Positions 9,355 through 17,555 are shown, numbered from the stretch's first letter. The stretch is DNA of 64,000 nucleotides from an uncultured virus (IMG/VR IMGVR_UViG_3300021426_000069) (IMGVR_UViG_3300021426_000069), one strand, 5' to 3'. Program-made: numbers and translations. Notes: generated by a model not told the origin, from the sequence alone.

Positions 9355-9633
9355 TCAAAGATGCTTTTTATTTTCATTTATCATTTTTAGAAGTTCTGCT
9401 ATAGCCCTCTCATCTTTAGATAATGAGAAGTCGTGCTCAGTCAAAAGCTCTAAACAAGATACTCCATAAAGTTTTGAGAATTTGATAAGTATGCGGCTGT
9501 CAGGGCACTTTTCCCCAGACTCATATGCCTCAATATCATCAATTTCCATATGCATTACTGCCGCGACTTGTTCGACAGTTAAGTCTAAATATTTTCTTGC
9601 TTCTTGCAAATTCATTCCTATAATATTTTTCAT
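9355..9633 (-). CDS. XRE-family HTH transcriptional regulator
   Basis: IG.NLQEAR...LT.EQVA......I..YESG...PD...L..FSKLYGVS. Confidence 0.85.
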   Translation of the reverse strand: MKNIIGMNLQEARKYLDLTVEQVAAVMHMEIDDIEAYESGEKCPDSRILIKFSKLYGVSCLELLTEHDFSLSKDERAIAELLKMINENKKHL

Positions 9634-9706
9634 ACTTATCACTTCCTTATATAAATATTATATCATAATTTTTATATAAAAACAATAAGAAAGAGTAGCT
9701 CTAAGA

Positions 9707-11221
9707 CTACTCATTTATATATACAACTTTATTATATCTTTCAGCTTGAAGCACTTCTAACATTAATTGTTCCCCTGTTTTACCAGTCATAACGCTCTTA
9801 AAGATTATTGGTGAGCATCCACTTACGTAAGATACATCCCAGCCTAAATCTAAAATACGATTATTTCTAGCATTTACATTCCAATAAACTAATTTTGGAA
9901 GTCTTAGCCCAGATAAAGCCCATTGTTCTCTGATTTTTTCCATTTCAGTTAGAGTTTCTTGTTCAGATCTCCAATAACTTCCTCTGTCGATCTCCATATC
10001 AGAGATTACAACAATTGTTTCAGGAATATCAGATTTTGGTATATCATGCCCTAAGATTGTTGATTTTAGTAATTCAAAGACTGCGGAAAGGTCAGTATTG
10101 TCGCATAAGTCTTGTTTATAAATTCTTTGTACTTTATCTACAAAATCTACTCCTTCAACTTTTATAAATTGTGGTCTGCTAGCAAAACTAATAAAATAGT
10201 TTTTAAATGGCTCCCCAATTCTTTCTGCACAATACATTCCAAGTGAAATTGCAACATCAATAGGTCTAACAGATCTGCTTGAGCAAGTCATAGATCCAGA
10301 TGTATCTACAACACACATCATTTTACATTTTTTACCTTCTAGATAATCGTTTTGATTATCCCAGTATTTTTGTAAAGTTGCTCTTTCAGTTTCTGTCATA
10401 TTTATTCCATAGTAAGACATTTTATCAGTTACCTTCTTAACTATCTCATATGGGAATAATGATTTAGCATTTACTTTATTGGCTTTATTTGCCATGAATT
10501 CTGCATATTTGTCTTCAATTATATCTTTGTGAGCAAAAGTATTACTATATTGTAAACCTGCTTTAGAAGGTAGTTTATCAAATTCAATTTCTTCCCATCT
10601 ATTTTCAGACATTAATTTCTCAACAATATTAATTCTAGTTCTCAATGCGGCAAGCATTTTTCTATATTCTTTATGGGACATACCTAGATGTTCTCTAGTT
10701 TTATTTCCAAGTTCTTTAGTTTCAACAGATGAAGCATTTTCACTTTTAATCCATTTAGCTAATAAAGATACTCCTGTATTTTCACTGTTTGCTAAACTTG
10801 TGATGTCTGCTTGTAATTGTTTTTCCATAAAGTCGAACATAGCTAATTCAGCAGGAGTCCCTACTAAACAATATAAATCATCATATCGACCATATTCAGC
10901 AATATTAGAGATATTTGCAATAGCAATTTGTGGATACTCTTTTGCTAACCAATGGAAGCATACACGGAAAAATCTTCTTTCTCCTTGTCCACCCCTAATA
11001 TCACGAAGATAGAATAAGCATTTTAAAGCTAATTCTGGGTTTTCTTCAAACGCATTTTTAAATAATAATATACAATCATTATCTTCACGCATTCTATATG
11101 CTCCACCAAAAGCGAACATATCATATAATGCGGAAAGCGTCGATTTATGAGCTAAAGCTCCGTTCTCAGTTTCTTCAAAATTTGTGGTTTCTAATAAACC
11201 CTCTACTAATTTATTATTCAT
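9707..11221 (-). CDS. DUF2828 family protein (TROVE/Ro60-like helical domain + C-terminal vWA domain)
   Basis: TENGA, RDIRGGQGER, EYGRYDD, LAKW motifs; vWA MIDAS DTSGSM, T and ISDMEID; VYWNV. Confidence 0.85.
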   Translation of the reverse strand: MNNKLVEGLLETTNFEETENGALAHKSTLSALYDMFAFGGAYRMREDNDCILLFKNAFEENPELALKCLFYLRDIRGGQGERRFFRVCFHWLAKEYPQIAIANISNIAEYGRYDDLYCLVGTPAELAMFDFMEKQLQADITSLANSENTGVSLLAKWIKSENASSVETKELGNKTREHLGMSHKEYRKMLAALRTRINIVEKLMSENRWEEIEFDKLPSKAGLQYSNTFAHKDIIEDKYAEFMANKANKVNAKSLFPYEIVKKVTDKMSYYGINMTETERATLQKYWDNQNDYLEGKKCKMMCVVDTSGSMTCSSRSVRPIDVAISLGMYCAERIGEPFKNYFISFASRPQFIKVEGVDFVDKVQRIYKQDLCDNTDLSAVFELLKSTILGHDIPKSDIPETIVVISDMEIDRGSYWRSEQETLTEMEKIREQWALSGLRLPKLVYWNVNARNNRILDLGWDVSYVSGCSPIIFKSVMTGKTGEQLMLEVLQAERYNKVVYINE

Positions 11222-11269
11222 TTTTCATTCTCCTTCTATTCTTTTGCAAGAATTTTTCCTTACATATAT

Positions 11270-11298
11270 ATTATATCATTTTTTTATGAAATTGTCAA
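11270..11298 (-). promoter_or_regulatory. sigma-A/70-type promoter of the DUF2828 gene
   Basis: TTGACA-N17-TATAAT with extended -10 TG. Confidence 0.85.
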
Positions 11299-11299
11299 A

Positions 11300-11332
11300 A
11301 TAAAAAAGTGAGGTTCTCGAAATAAGAACCTC
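11300..11332 (-). terminator. intrinsic terminator of the upstream small RNA
   Basis: GAGGTTCT/AGAACCTC hairpin followed by U tract on minus strand. Confidence 0.7.
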
Positions 11333-11357
11333 GGAAAGGGAATTGAAATGAAAAATC

Positions 11358-11534
11358 TAGACAAGAAGTGTGTTCATACTCTCGTTGTGCGTGTTATAAC
11401 ATCACCACAATTCACACGATTCCTACGATCCCGCCATGCGGGCTGTGCTTAACTCCATCTATACGATTCTGCTAATCCTAAGTATAAAACTTTCTGAAAC
11501 TTTTTGTTCCCTTTGTTTGCTGATTTCTTGTCTA
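11358..11534 (-). ncRNA. 177-nt small RNA, terminal stem + CAGCAA motif (copy 1)
   Basis: 10-bp terminal stem UAGACAAGAA/UUCUUGUCUA, then AUCAGCAAA; own promoter and terminator. Confidence 0.7.
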
Positions 11535-11552
11535 ATTTATTTTTTCAATAAT

Positions 11553-11581
11553 ATTATATCAAAAATTTTTTAGTTTGTCAA
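11553..11581 (-). promoter_or_regulatory. sigma-A/70-type promoter of the 177-nt RNA
   Basis: TTGACA-N17-TATAAT with extended -10 TG. Confidence 0.85.
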
Positions 11582-11719
11582 AAAATTTTTCATATTCTTT
11601 CTTGCATAATATTTCCATTTCAAAAAATAATAAAATGCCCTTACATATTTTTTATAATACTTATTTATTATATATCTTCTCTCTGCATATATTTCAAGTT
11701 CAGTTAATGTTTTTTTCAT
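11570..11719 (-). CDS. small basic hypothetical protein (49 aa)
   Basis: GAGGTG RBS before ATG 11719; the longer track ORF wrongly extends over tRNA-Ala. Confidence 0.5.
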   Translation of the reverse strand: MKKTLTELEIYAERRYIINKYYKKYVRAFYYFLKWKYYARKNMKNFLTN

Positions 11720-11744
11720 ACATTTCACCTCACTAATAATCAAA

Positions 11745-11820
11745 TGGTGGAGAGTAGGGGGATCGAACCCCTGACCTCCACGTTGCAAGCGTGGCGCTCT
11801 CCCAGCTGAGCTAACTCCCC
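11745..11820 (-). tRNA. tRNA-Ala(UGC)
   Basis: Canonical cloverleaf, G3-U70, encoded CCA. Confidence 0.95.
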
Positions 11821-12093
11821 AAGAATACATTTCTAAACATTTAAAATCTAATGTCTGTGCCTCACCACACTTGTAAGCGATAAGTGATTAGCTTACCCCA
11901 AACTTGTAGAAATGCACCTCAATTCAAACTATTAAATATAGCCACCATCGTTGTTTGTTTCCAATACAACCACATCCCATCTAGGGTTCTCACCTAGCAC
12001 TTTTCTCTACTAAACCATAAAAGTAAACTTTATTAGGTCATTATCATAGGCATACCACCGTATGAGTAGATCTAGTCTATATTCAGCTCTCCT

Positions 12094-12167
12094 TGGCGTC
12101 TATCACGAGATTTAAACTCGTACCCCTTGTGTATCAAGCAAGTGTTCTTCTATTAAACTACATAGAC
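12094..12167 (-). pseudogene. degenerate tRNA-like element (Ile GAU-like loop)
   Basis: Cloverleaf with CCA but G-G acceptor mismatch, C-A anticodon-stem mismatch, T loop UUUAAAU. Confidence 0.6.
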
Positions 12168-12175
12168 ATAATCAA

Positions 12176-12252
12176 TGGTGGAGGTACTAGGACTCGAACC
12201 TAGGACCCCTTGCTTGTAAGGCAAGTGCTCTAACCAACTGAGCTACACCTCC
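12176..12252 (-). tRNA. tRNA-Val(UAC)
   Basis: Canonical cloverleaf, CCA. Confidence 0.95.
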
Positions 12253-12254
12253 AA

Positions 12255-12440
12255 TTAGTTTTTAAATATTTTTTTATCTACAAAGAAGAATATACACCCT
12301 CCAATAAGATTTGAAATAATTGTGTTCCAAAATGTCCCTAAATGCAAGAAACTTAAACATATAAATAATATTGGCGTAGATAACTGCCATCTAATTAAAT
12401 ACAATATAAACTTTTTCAACCTTAACCCTCCTACTAACAA
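12255..12440 (-). CDS. small two-helix membrane protein
   Basis: Two hydrophobic segments; true start probably the TTG after GGAGGG. Confidence 0.6.
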   Translation of the reverse strand: MLVGGLRLKKFILYLIRWQLSTPILFICLSFLHLGTFWNTIISNLIGGCIFFFVDKKIFKN

Positions 12441-12442
12441 AA

Positions 12443-12519
12443 TGGCGTCCCCTCTAGGATTCGAACCTAGGACACTCGCCTTAGAAGGGCGATGCTCTAT
12501 CCAGCTGAGCTAAGAGGAC
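12443..12519 (-). tRNA. tRNA-Arg(UCU)
   Basis: Canonical cloverleaf, CCA. Confidence 0.95.
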
Positions 12520-12524
12520 ATCTA

Positions 12525-12612
12525 TGGCGCCGTGCACAGGATTCGAACCTGCAAGTCAGTTGCCCGACCAACGGTTTTCAAGACCGCTCCCTCAGCCACC
12601 CGGACACACGGC
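12525..12612 (-). tRNA. tRNA-Ser(UGA)
   Basis: Cloverleaf with long variable arm, CCA. Confidence 0.93.
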
Positions 12613-12623
12613 ATATGGGTTAA

Positions 12624-13046
12624 TTACCACCATAAGTCGCAAAAGTATTTAGCATATAATCTTAACCCAAATCTTATTTGTTTCCATCTATTTTTTGATG
12701 CTTTCATTCTTTCTTCTTGTGATATAGTATAATCAAACTCTTCATCTACAAGAATTAATTCAAAAGCCTTAATCATTGCATCTATATAATGTTTCCATTG
12801 TTCAAATGATATGTTAGGTGGATAACAATGTAGACAGTGATCGCGGAAATAGCATAGATAAGAATAATTTATCATAGCAAGAGTAGTGTTTAAATTCCAC
12901 GCATCAGCCTCTATAAAACCATCTTCATCTGGTTGGTATCTTGGGTCAAAATCTTTTGCTTCATCATTGTATGCCCAATATTTATCTTCAGTAATACCTA
13001 TATTTTTTAGATATTTATTAAAACCTATTTTATGCATCATATACAA
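12624..13046 (-). CDS. hypothetical phage protein
   Basis: 140-aa ORF ending ...YAKYFCDLWW, AAGGAGG RBS. Confidence 0.75.
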   Translation of the reverse strand: MYMMHKIGFNKYLKNIGITEDKYWAYNDEAKDFDPRYQPDEDGFIEADAWNLNTTLAMINYSYLCYFRDHCLHCYPPNISFEQWKHYIDAMIKAFELILVDEEFDYTISQEERMKASKNRWKQIRFGLRLYAKYFCDLWW

Positions 13047-13317
13047 TCCCTCCTTAGAATAATTATTAGGTGGCGGAGATGGTAAACAATTTAATTAAAA
13101 TTGCATCTGCCTGACCAGTACCATCTCTGAAATCCATATGCATTGTACTTCTTTTTAAACATATTTTTAATCCACCTTAATGCGTTTTAGTCAGGATAGA
13201 AGCCACGCATTATTTATTATAAGTTTGGAAAAAATCAAATATATATTAAAGGGGCCACTCGCGTCCCACCGTCCTGTTTCATACGCCTAAGCCTTGTCCG
13301 CCCCTTAAATATCAAAA

Positions 13318-13392
13318 TGGCTGCCGGGGTTGGATTCGAACCAACGCATCCATGAGTCAAAGTCATGTGTCTTACCGCTTGACTACCCGGCA
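13318..13392 (-). tRNA. tRNA-Gln(UUG)
   Basis: Canonical cloverleaf, CCA. Confidence 0.95.
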
Positions 13393-13395
13393 ATA

Positions 13396-13470
13396 TGGCA
13401 GGGGAACTAGGACTCGAACCTAGATCAACGGTTTTGGAGACCGCTATGCTAGCCATTACACCATTCCCCT
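13396..13470 (-). tRNA. tRNA-Trp(CCA)
   Basis: Canonical cloverleaf, CCA. Confidence 0.95.
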
Positions 13471-13773
13471 AAATACACGACTTAATTAATGATGACGCAT
13501 TAATAAGTCTATTCTTTTGATTTAACCTATCTCTAGTCCATACCTTAGCTTACAAGGTAAATGAATCTCGCATTCATTCATCACGAACGGATACTTCCCA
13601 TTGATTAATAAGGCTGATAGTACCAAACAACCTTAGATACAACTATTTGTCATATAGACCTATACATATCAAGTCTAGGATTTTAGGGATGGAGGTTTAA
13701 AAATAAACCCTCGCCTCCACCACTTATTTTCTAAAAAATAAGAAACATCTATAACATATAATTATATTCATTA

Positions 13774-13849
13774 TGGCGGTGCCTACGGGACTTGAACCCG
13801 TGATCTCCTGCGTGACAGGCAGGCGTGATAACCACTACACCAAGGCACC
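13774..13849 (-). tRNA. tRNA-Asp(GUC)
   Basis: Canonical cloverleaf, CCA. Confidence 0.95.
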
Positions 13850-14052
13850 ATTATGAACCCGAACTGTGGCTTCTTGTCCTTTGAGTCAGTCTATATCTCA
13901 GTCCTCACACGTTTCAAGGTCGACTAAATAGACTTGGATACTGAGTTAGGTTCAAAAAATTATTAAGGATTTCGCCCGAGACATATTACTCCCGTCAACG
14001 GATCAGCATTTCTTTATATTATGGACGCTTCACTCCCCGTTGTGTTTTCAGA

Positions 14053-14207
14053 TAGGGATATGCCAATGAATGTTTTATAATGCGCGGGCGCCAGAGTTCT
14101 ATCGAGGAAAGTCACTGGACTAGCCTTTACCTTTTGTTGAACGTCACCTCGATTGCTAGTTGTATAGTTCAACATATCATTATAAAGCACTCATTGCCAT
14201 ATCTCTA
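14053..14207 (-). ncRNA. 155-nt element: 30-bp imperfect terminal stem around a multiply pseudoknotted core
   Basis: 14053-14082 pairs with 14178-14207; three crossing internal helices of 8, 6 and 7 bp. Confidence 0.6.
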
Positions 14208-14219
14208 AAAATATATATA

Positions 14220-14387
14220 AAATCAGTTAGGACTCACACCTAAACCCTACCCCTCCACGGGGTAAGCTCTGGACAACATATGTATTTCTGCAGATGCGTA
14301 TGCTGGACTATAGGACTTTTATTGCCAACAGGCTCTGTTAGATTTTGAGCTCGCCTGAAGTTCCTCCTCATCTTAAGCTACTGATTT
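14220..14387 (-). ncRNA. tRNA-like RNA with ~105-nt structured D loop
   Basis: Acceptor AAAUCAG/CUGAUUU, U8-A9, D stem GCUU/GAGC, anticodon stem UACCC/GGGUA with 7-nt loop, T arm UUAGG-UGUGAGU-CCUAA. Confidence 0.65.
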
Positions 14388-14397
14388 ATTAACTAAT

Positions 14398-14474
14398 TGG
14401 TGACGCCGTCGGGATTCGAACCCGAGAGTGCTGCCGTGAAAGGGCAGTGTGTTAAGCCACTTCACCACGGCGCC
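14398..14474 (-). tRNA. tRNA-Glu(UUC)
   Basis: Canonical cloverleaf, CCA. Confidence 0.95.
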
Positions 14475-14505
14475 ATTTTAAAAGCACATTTATTCACCCG
14501 TGCTT

Positions 14506-15176
14506 AATAGGCTGGTTTTATGTTTGAGGACGAACATCACCACCGAACCATATTAAAACAAAAATCATTTGGTAGGACTTTTGCATACCTACAAGTCTTT
14601 TTCAAAATAACTGTGTATTCAGTCACAAGATAGGAATGATACCTATAAACTCGGCATAGACTGGAGTACTGTAATTCAGATATTTTGCCATCATCTTCCA
14701 AAATATCAGATAATCATTTATCCTTTTTAAAAGTGGTTTTCTTATATGCCCATATGCCAAACTGTTATACTTGGTTTAACCCAATTCAACCACCTAGAGC
14801 TCACTTCCTCTGCAGTTCTCCCGCTTACGTCCTGGCACGGATCGTATCGAGGCATGCTCCCAGTCGCATACAACTTTCTCTACACTCACTATATTTTCGC
14901 CTGCTCACTTAAGTTCAACAACCTTTTTTCCTTTTTTCATAGGCTATGACCACAGCCACTTACAGCGTCTACTGTTCTTAGTGTACATATCCCTAAGGAA
15001 TATGGAAATACTTCTACCAGCGTATTTCAATAATATAATGAATAGATATAAAGCTACTATACACTTAATCGTTGGCCGACGACTAAGTCTTACTGTATAG
15101 AGAGGATTTTTTATACCTCCAACATATAAGGTTCTTCTTGCCATTTACTACAACGGATTTATGCCTGTTGCCTACT
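14506..15176 (-). ncRNA. ROOL-like large non-coding RNA (~670 nt)
   Basis: Blocks resembling ROOL as I recall it, in order: AAGACUUAGU, GAAAUACGCUGGUAGAA, ACAGUAGA...AAGUGGC, AUAGGUAU...CCUAU..UGUGACUGAAUA, CUUGUAGGUAUGCAAAAGUCCUAC; terminal pairing AGUAGGC/GCCUAUU; tRNA-cluster context. Confidence 0.65.
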
Positions 15177-15189
15177 GCTTTCTTATTTC

Positions 15190-15595
15190 AACCGCTAAGG
15201 TTCTGCCATCTGTTTGTTTGCGACGCCAACTCGCACATAACATTGAACCACGAAATCAGTAGCACCTTACACTCGCTATTTCGACAACCCCTTTCCCTCG
15301 TTGCTCTCAACTATTGACGAACCTTTTGAGTCCGTGTAAAAGGGTACTCTTAGAACGAAACCTATTCTTTTTTGAGTTACAAATAATTTTTTTCAAAGAA
15401 CTAATGTCGACCCAACCCATACAAACGGTCTTCAGGAGAGCCTTTGGTCCCTAGCCCATACTCACCACCCCCTGAGGGATAAGTATAGGATACTCTCGTT
15501 TCCACTTAATATAATCTTACTACACAACTTATATACTTTATTCGTAGTTGCCAAACGAATGTGGTTTATAAGGCTTTTCCCACTGCCAAACTTTA
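15190..15595 (-). ncRNA. ~400-nt structured RNA between promoter and ROOL-like RNA
   Basis: ORF-free, GC-enriched, many hairpins (AUACUUAUC/GGUGAGUAU, CCUUUU/AAAAGG, UGCGA/UCGCA, UUCGU/ACGAA). Confidence 0.55.
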
Positions 15596-15658
15596 TTTTT
15601 TCTTAACTTTTCTATATATATTATATAATATTTTTTAAAACTATCAAATATTCTTAAT

Positions 15659-15733
15659 TGGAGCGGGTAGCCGGATTCGAACCGGCATTATCAGCTTGGA
15701 AGGCTGAAGTCCTAGCCCTTAAACGATACCCGC
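15659..15733 (-). tRNA. tRNA-Gly(UCC)
   Basis: Canonical cloverleaf, U73, CCA. Confidence 0.95.
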
Positions 15734-15985
15734 ATACGGTGGTGTGTTTCTTTATAAGTAAAGAACACTCCGTAAGAAACCTACTAATTGTTTAACAATA
15801 GTGTTGTAACCCCTGTTTTAACTAGCTTTCTGCACTCAACTCTGACCTTGCTAGATGGTAAGTCCTAGCGCCCCGAGCAATTGGTGGCACTTACTTTTTC
15901 CAAGTATGTTGTTTTTCACAACTTTCTTAACCTTACATATATATTATATTATAATTTTTTGAAAAAATCAATTTAAGAAGTATAA

Positions 15986-16148
15986 TGGCAAGCCGTTGGA
16001 TAATATTGTGACTTAGGTCAAGGAGATTTTCTCCGTGAATTACACTCCGTTACCAGATATGCACTTTCGTTTCAAAATTCAGGTATGCGGTTGCCCTACA
16101 TACGCCTTGATTACCACTTAGTTCACACTCTAATTCCAACGAGTTTAC
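15986..16148 (-). ncRNA. ~160-nt rod-like RNA ending in GCCA
   Basis: Nested end-to-end helices CGUUGGA/UCCAACG, UGUGA/UCACA, UCAAGG/CCUUGA. Confidence 0.5.
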
Positions 16149-16184
16149 GCCCTAGAAGTTTTCCTTGCAATAATTTGCTTGTGA

Positions 16185-16481
16185 CTAGGATAACGCGCCA
16201 TCAATAGCGATGTCATCAGGATAGTCTGATTTGATGTCCTTTAACATATTTAACATTTGTCTTAATATCTTTTCAGTATATTGTCCGTCTTTTTTCACTT
16301 TTATATCTAGGACACCATTAACATCTGTTGAGTCAATAGTATCTTCAATAAGTTCTATATAATTAATAGTAGCTATTGACAGTGCGGAAACCGCTGCACA
16401 GACGTTATTGTCGCGACAATGTCCTGTAAAAGTGATTTCTTTTATTAAATTATTTTCTTCAATAACTTGTACATTAACCAT
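16185..16481 (-). CDS. prp: ribosomal-processing cysteine protease Prp (DUF464)
   Basis: TGH....VCAAVS His-Cys dyad motif and C-terminal I...YP..I. Confidence 0.85.
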   Translation of the reverse strand: MVNVQVIEENNLIKEITFTGHCRDNNVCAAVSALSIATINYIELIEDTIDSTDVNGVLDIKVKKDGQYTEKILRQMLNMLKDIKSDYPDDIAIDGALS

Positions 16482-16504
16482 ACTATCCCTCTTTCGCTAT
16501 AATA

Positions 16505-17521
16505 CTAATACCAGCCTTTGCTTTGAGAATTAGCCCAAGCTGCTGATGGTGAACCATATCTACCTTTTATGTATTTAAGTCCCCATCTAATTTGAGTATA
16601 ACCATTTGTATAATAATCTGCTCCCTCGCTCGCCATTTTAGAAGCGGGTAGTGATTGCGGAATTCCATGTGCTCCAGATGAACTGTTATGTGAGTTAGGA
16701 TCCCAACCAGATTCTCTATTCCATAGTTTAACTAAACACTCAAAATCGTATTCAGACCATCCATATGTGTTAATTACTAAATCTTTTGCATATGCTTGAT
16801 AGTCAGATAAACTATACGATCCAGAGCTACTGCTTTGGGCAGTCGTTGTGGATTGCTCTTTTTCGCGTCTAGCTTTCTCTTCAGCTGCTTTTCTTGCTCT
16901 TTCTTTCGCCTCAGCTTCAGCTCTTAATCTCGCTTGCTCGGCTTCATATGCTTCTTTTTTCATACTTATTATATTAAATAAATCTTCTTCTTTTGTTTCT
17001 TGGTAAATAATTTTCTTAGTTGTTTCAATTGTGTATTCTTGACTATCATATTCGTTTATTTTATGAATAAAATCTTCACATTCACTATTATTTTTAAATA
17101 AATAATCATTTCCATCAATTTGAACCTTGTAATAAGTTGCATAAAAATCATATCTTGATATGATTGTTTCTTTAATCCTATCTTCTATATTCCCTCGACT
17201 TGTTACATTTACATTTCGTCTTGGAACATTATTTTTTTCTACGGTTTCTACAATTTTATTTAACTCATACGTTACATTTTCATATCCCTTTGCCTCGATT
17301 GTCTTCACGTGGTCGTCTAAAACTTGTTTCTCAAGACTTATTCCTTTAGCTTGGACAATGACATTGGCATTTTCAGTTTTTATATCAATGCAAGTTCTTA
17401 TGATAAAAACAGAAAATATACTTATCAATATAGCTAAAAGTAAACCAATGACCTTTCCATTTTTAAAAATCTTCCTTATTAATCCCTTAAGGGAGGGAAG
17501 TTTTCCTTTTAGATTTGTCAT
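16505..17521 (-). CDS. membrane-anchored lytic transglycosylase (SLT-type)
   Basis: N-terminal TM helix, coiled coil, C-terminal CL..LWNRESGW...SGAHGIPQ...QI.WGL.YI..RYG. Confidence 0.85.
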   Translation of the reverse strand: MTNLKGKLPSLKGLIRKIFKNGKVIGLLLAILISIFSVFIIRTCIDIKTENANVIVQAKGISLEKQVLDDHVKTIEAKGYENVTYELNKIVETVEKNNVPRRNVNVTSRGNIEDRIKETIISRYDFYATYYKVQIDGNDYLFKNNSECEDFIHKINEYDSQEYTIETTKKIIYQETKEEDLFNIISMKKEAYEAEQARLRAEAEAKERARKAAEEKARREKEQSTTTAQSSSSGSYSLSDYQAYAKDLVINTYGWSEYDFECLVKLWNRESGWDPNSHNSSSGAHGIPQSLPASKMASEGADYYTNGYTQIRWGLKYIKGRYGSPSAAWANSQSKGWY

Positions 17522-17555
17522 AAATATCCTTTCTTCCACAACTATAAAAATAAAA

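Noticed and set aside
14086..14125. glmS-like GCGCCAGA and RNase P-like GAGGAAAGTC on plus strand
   Set aside because: Remaining conserved elements of both families are missing; short chance matches.
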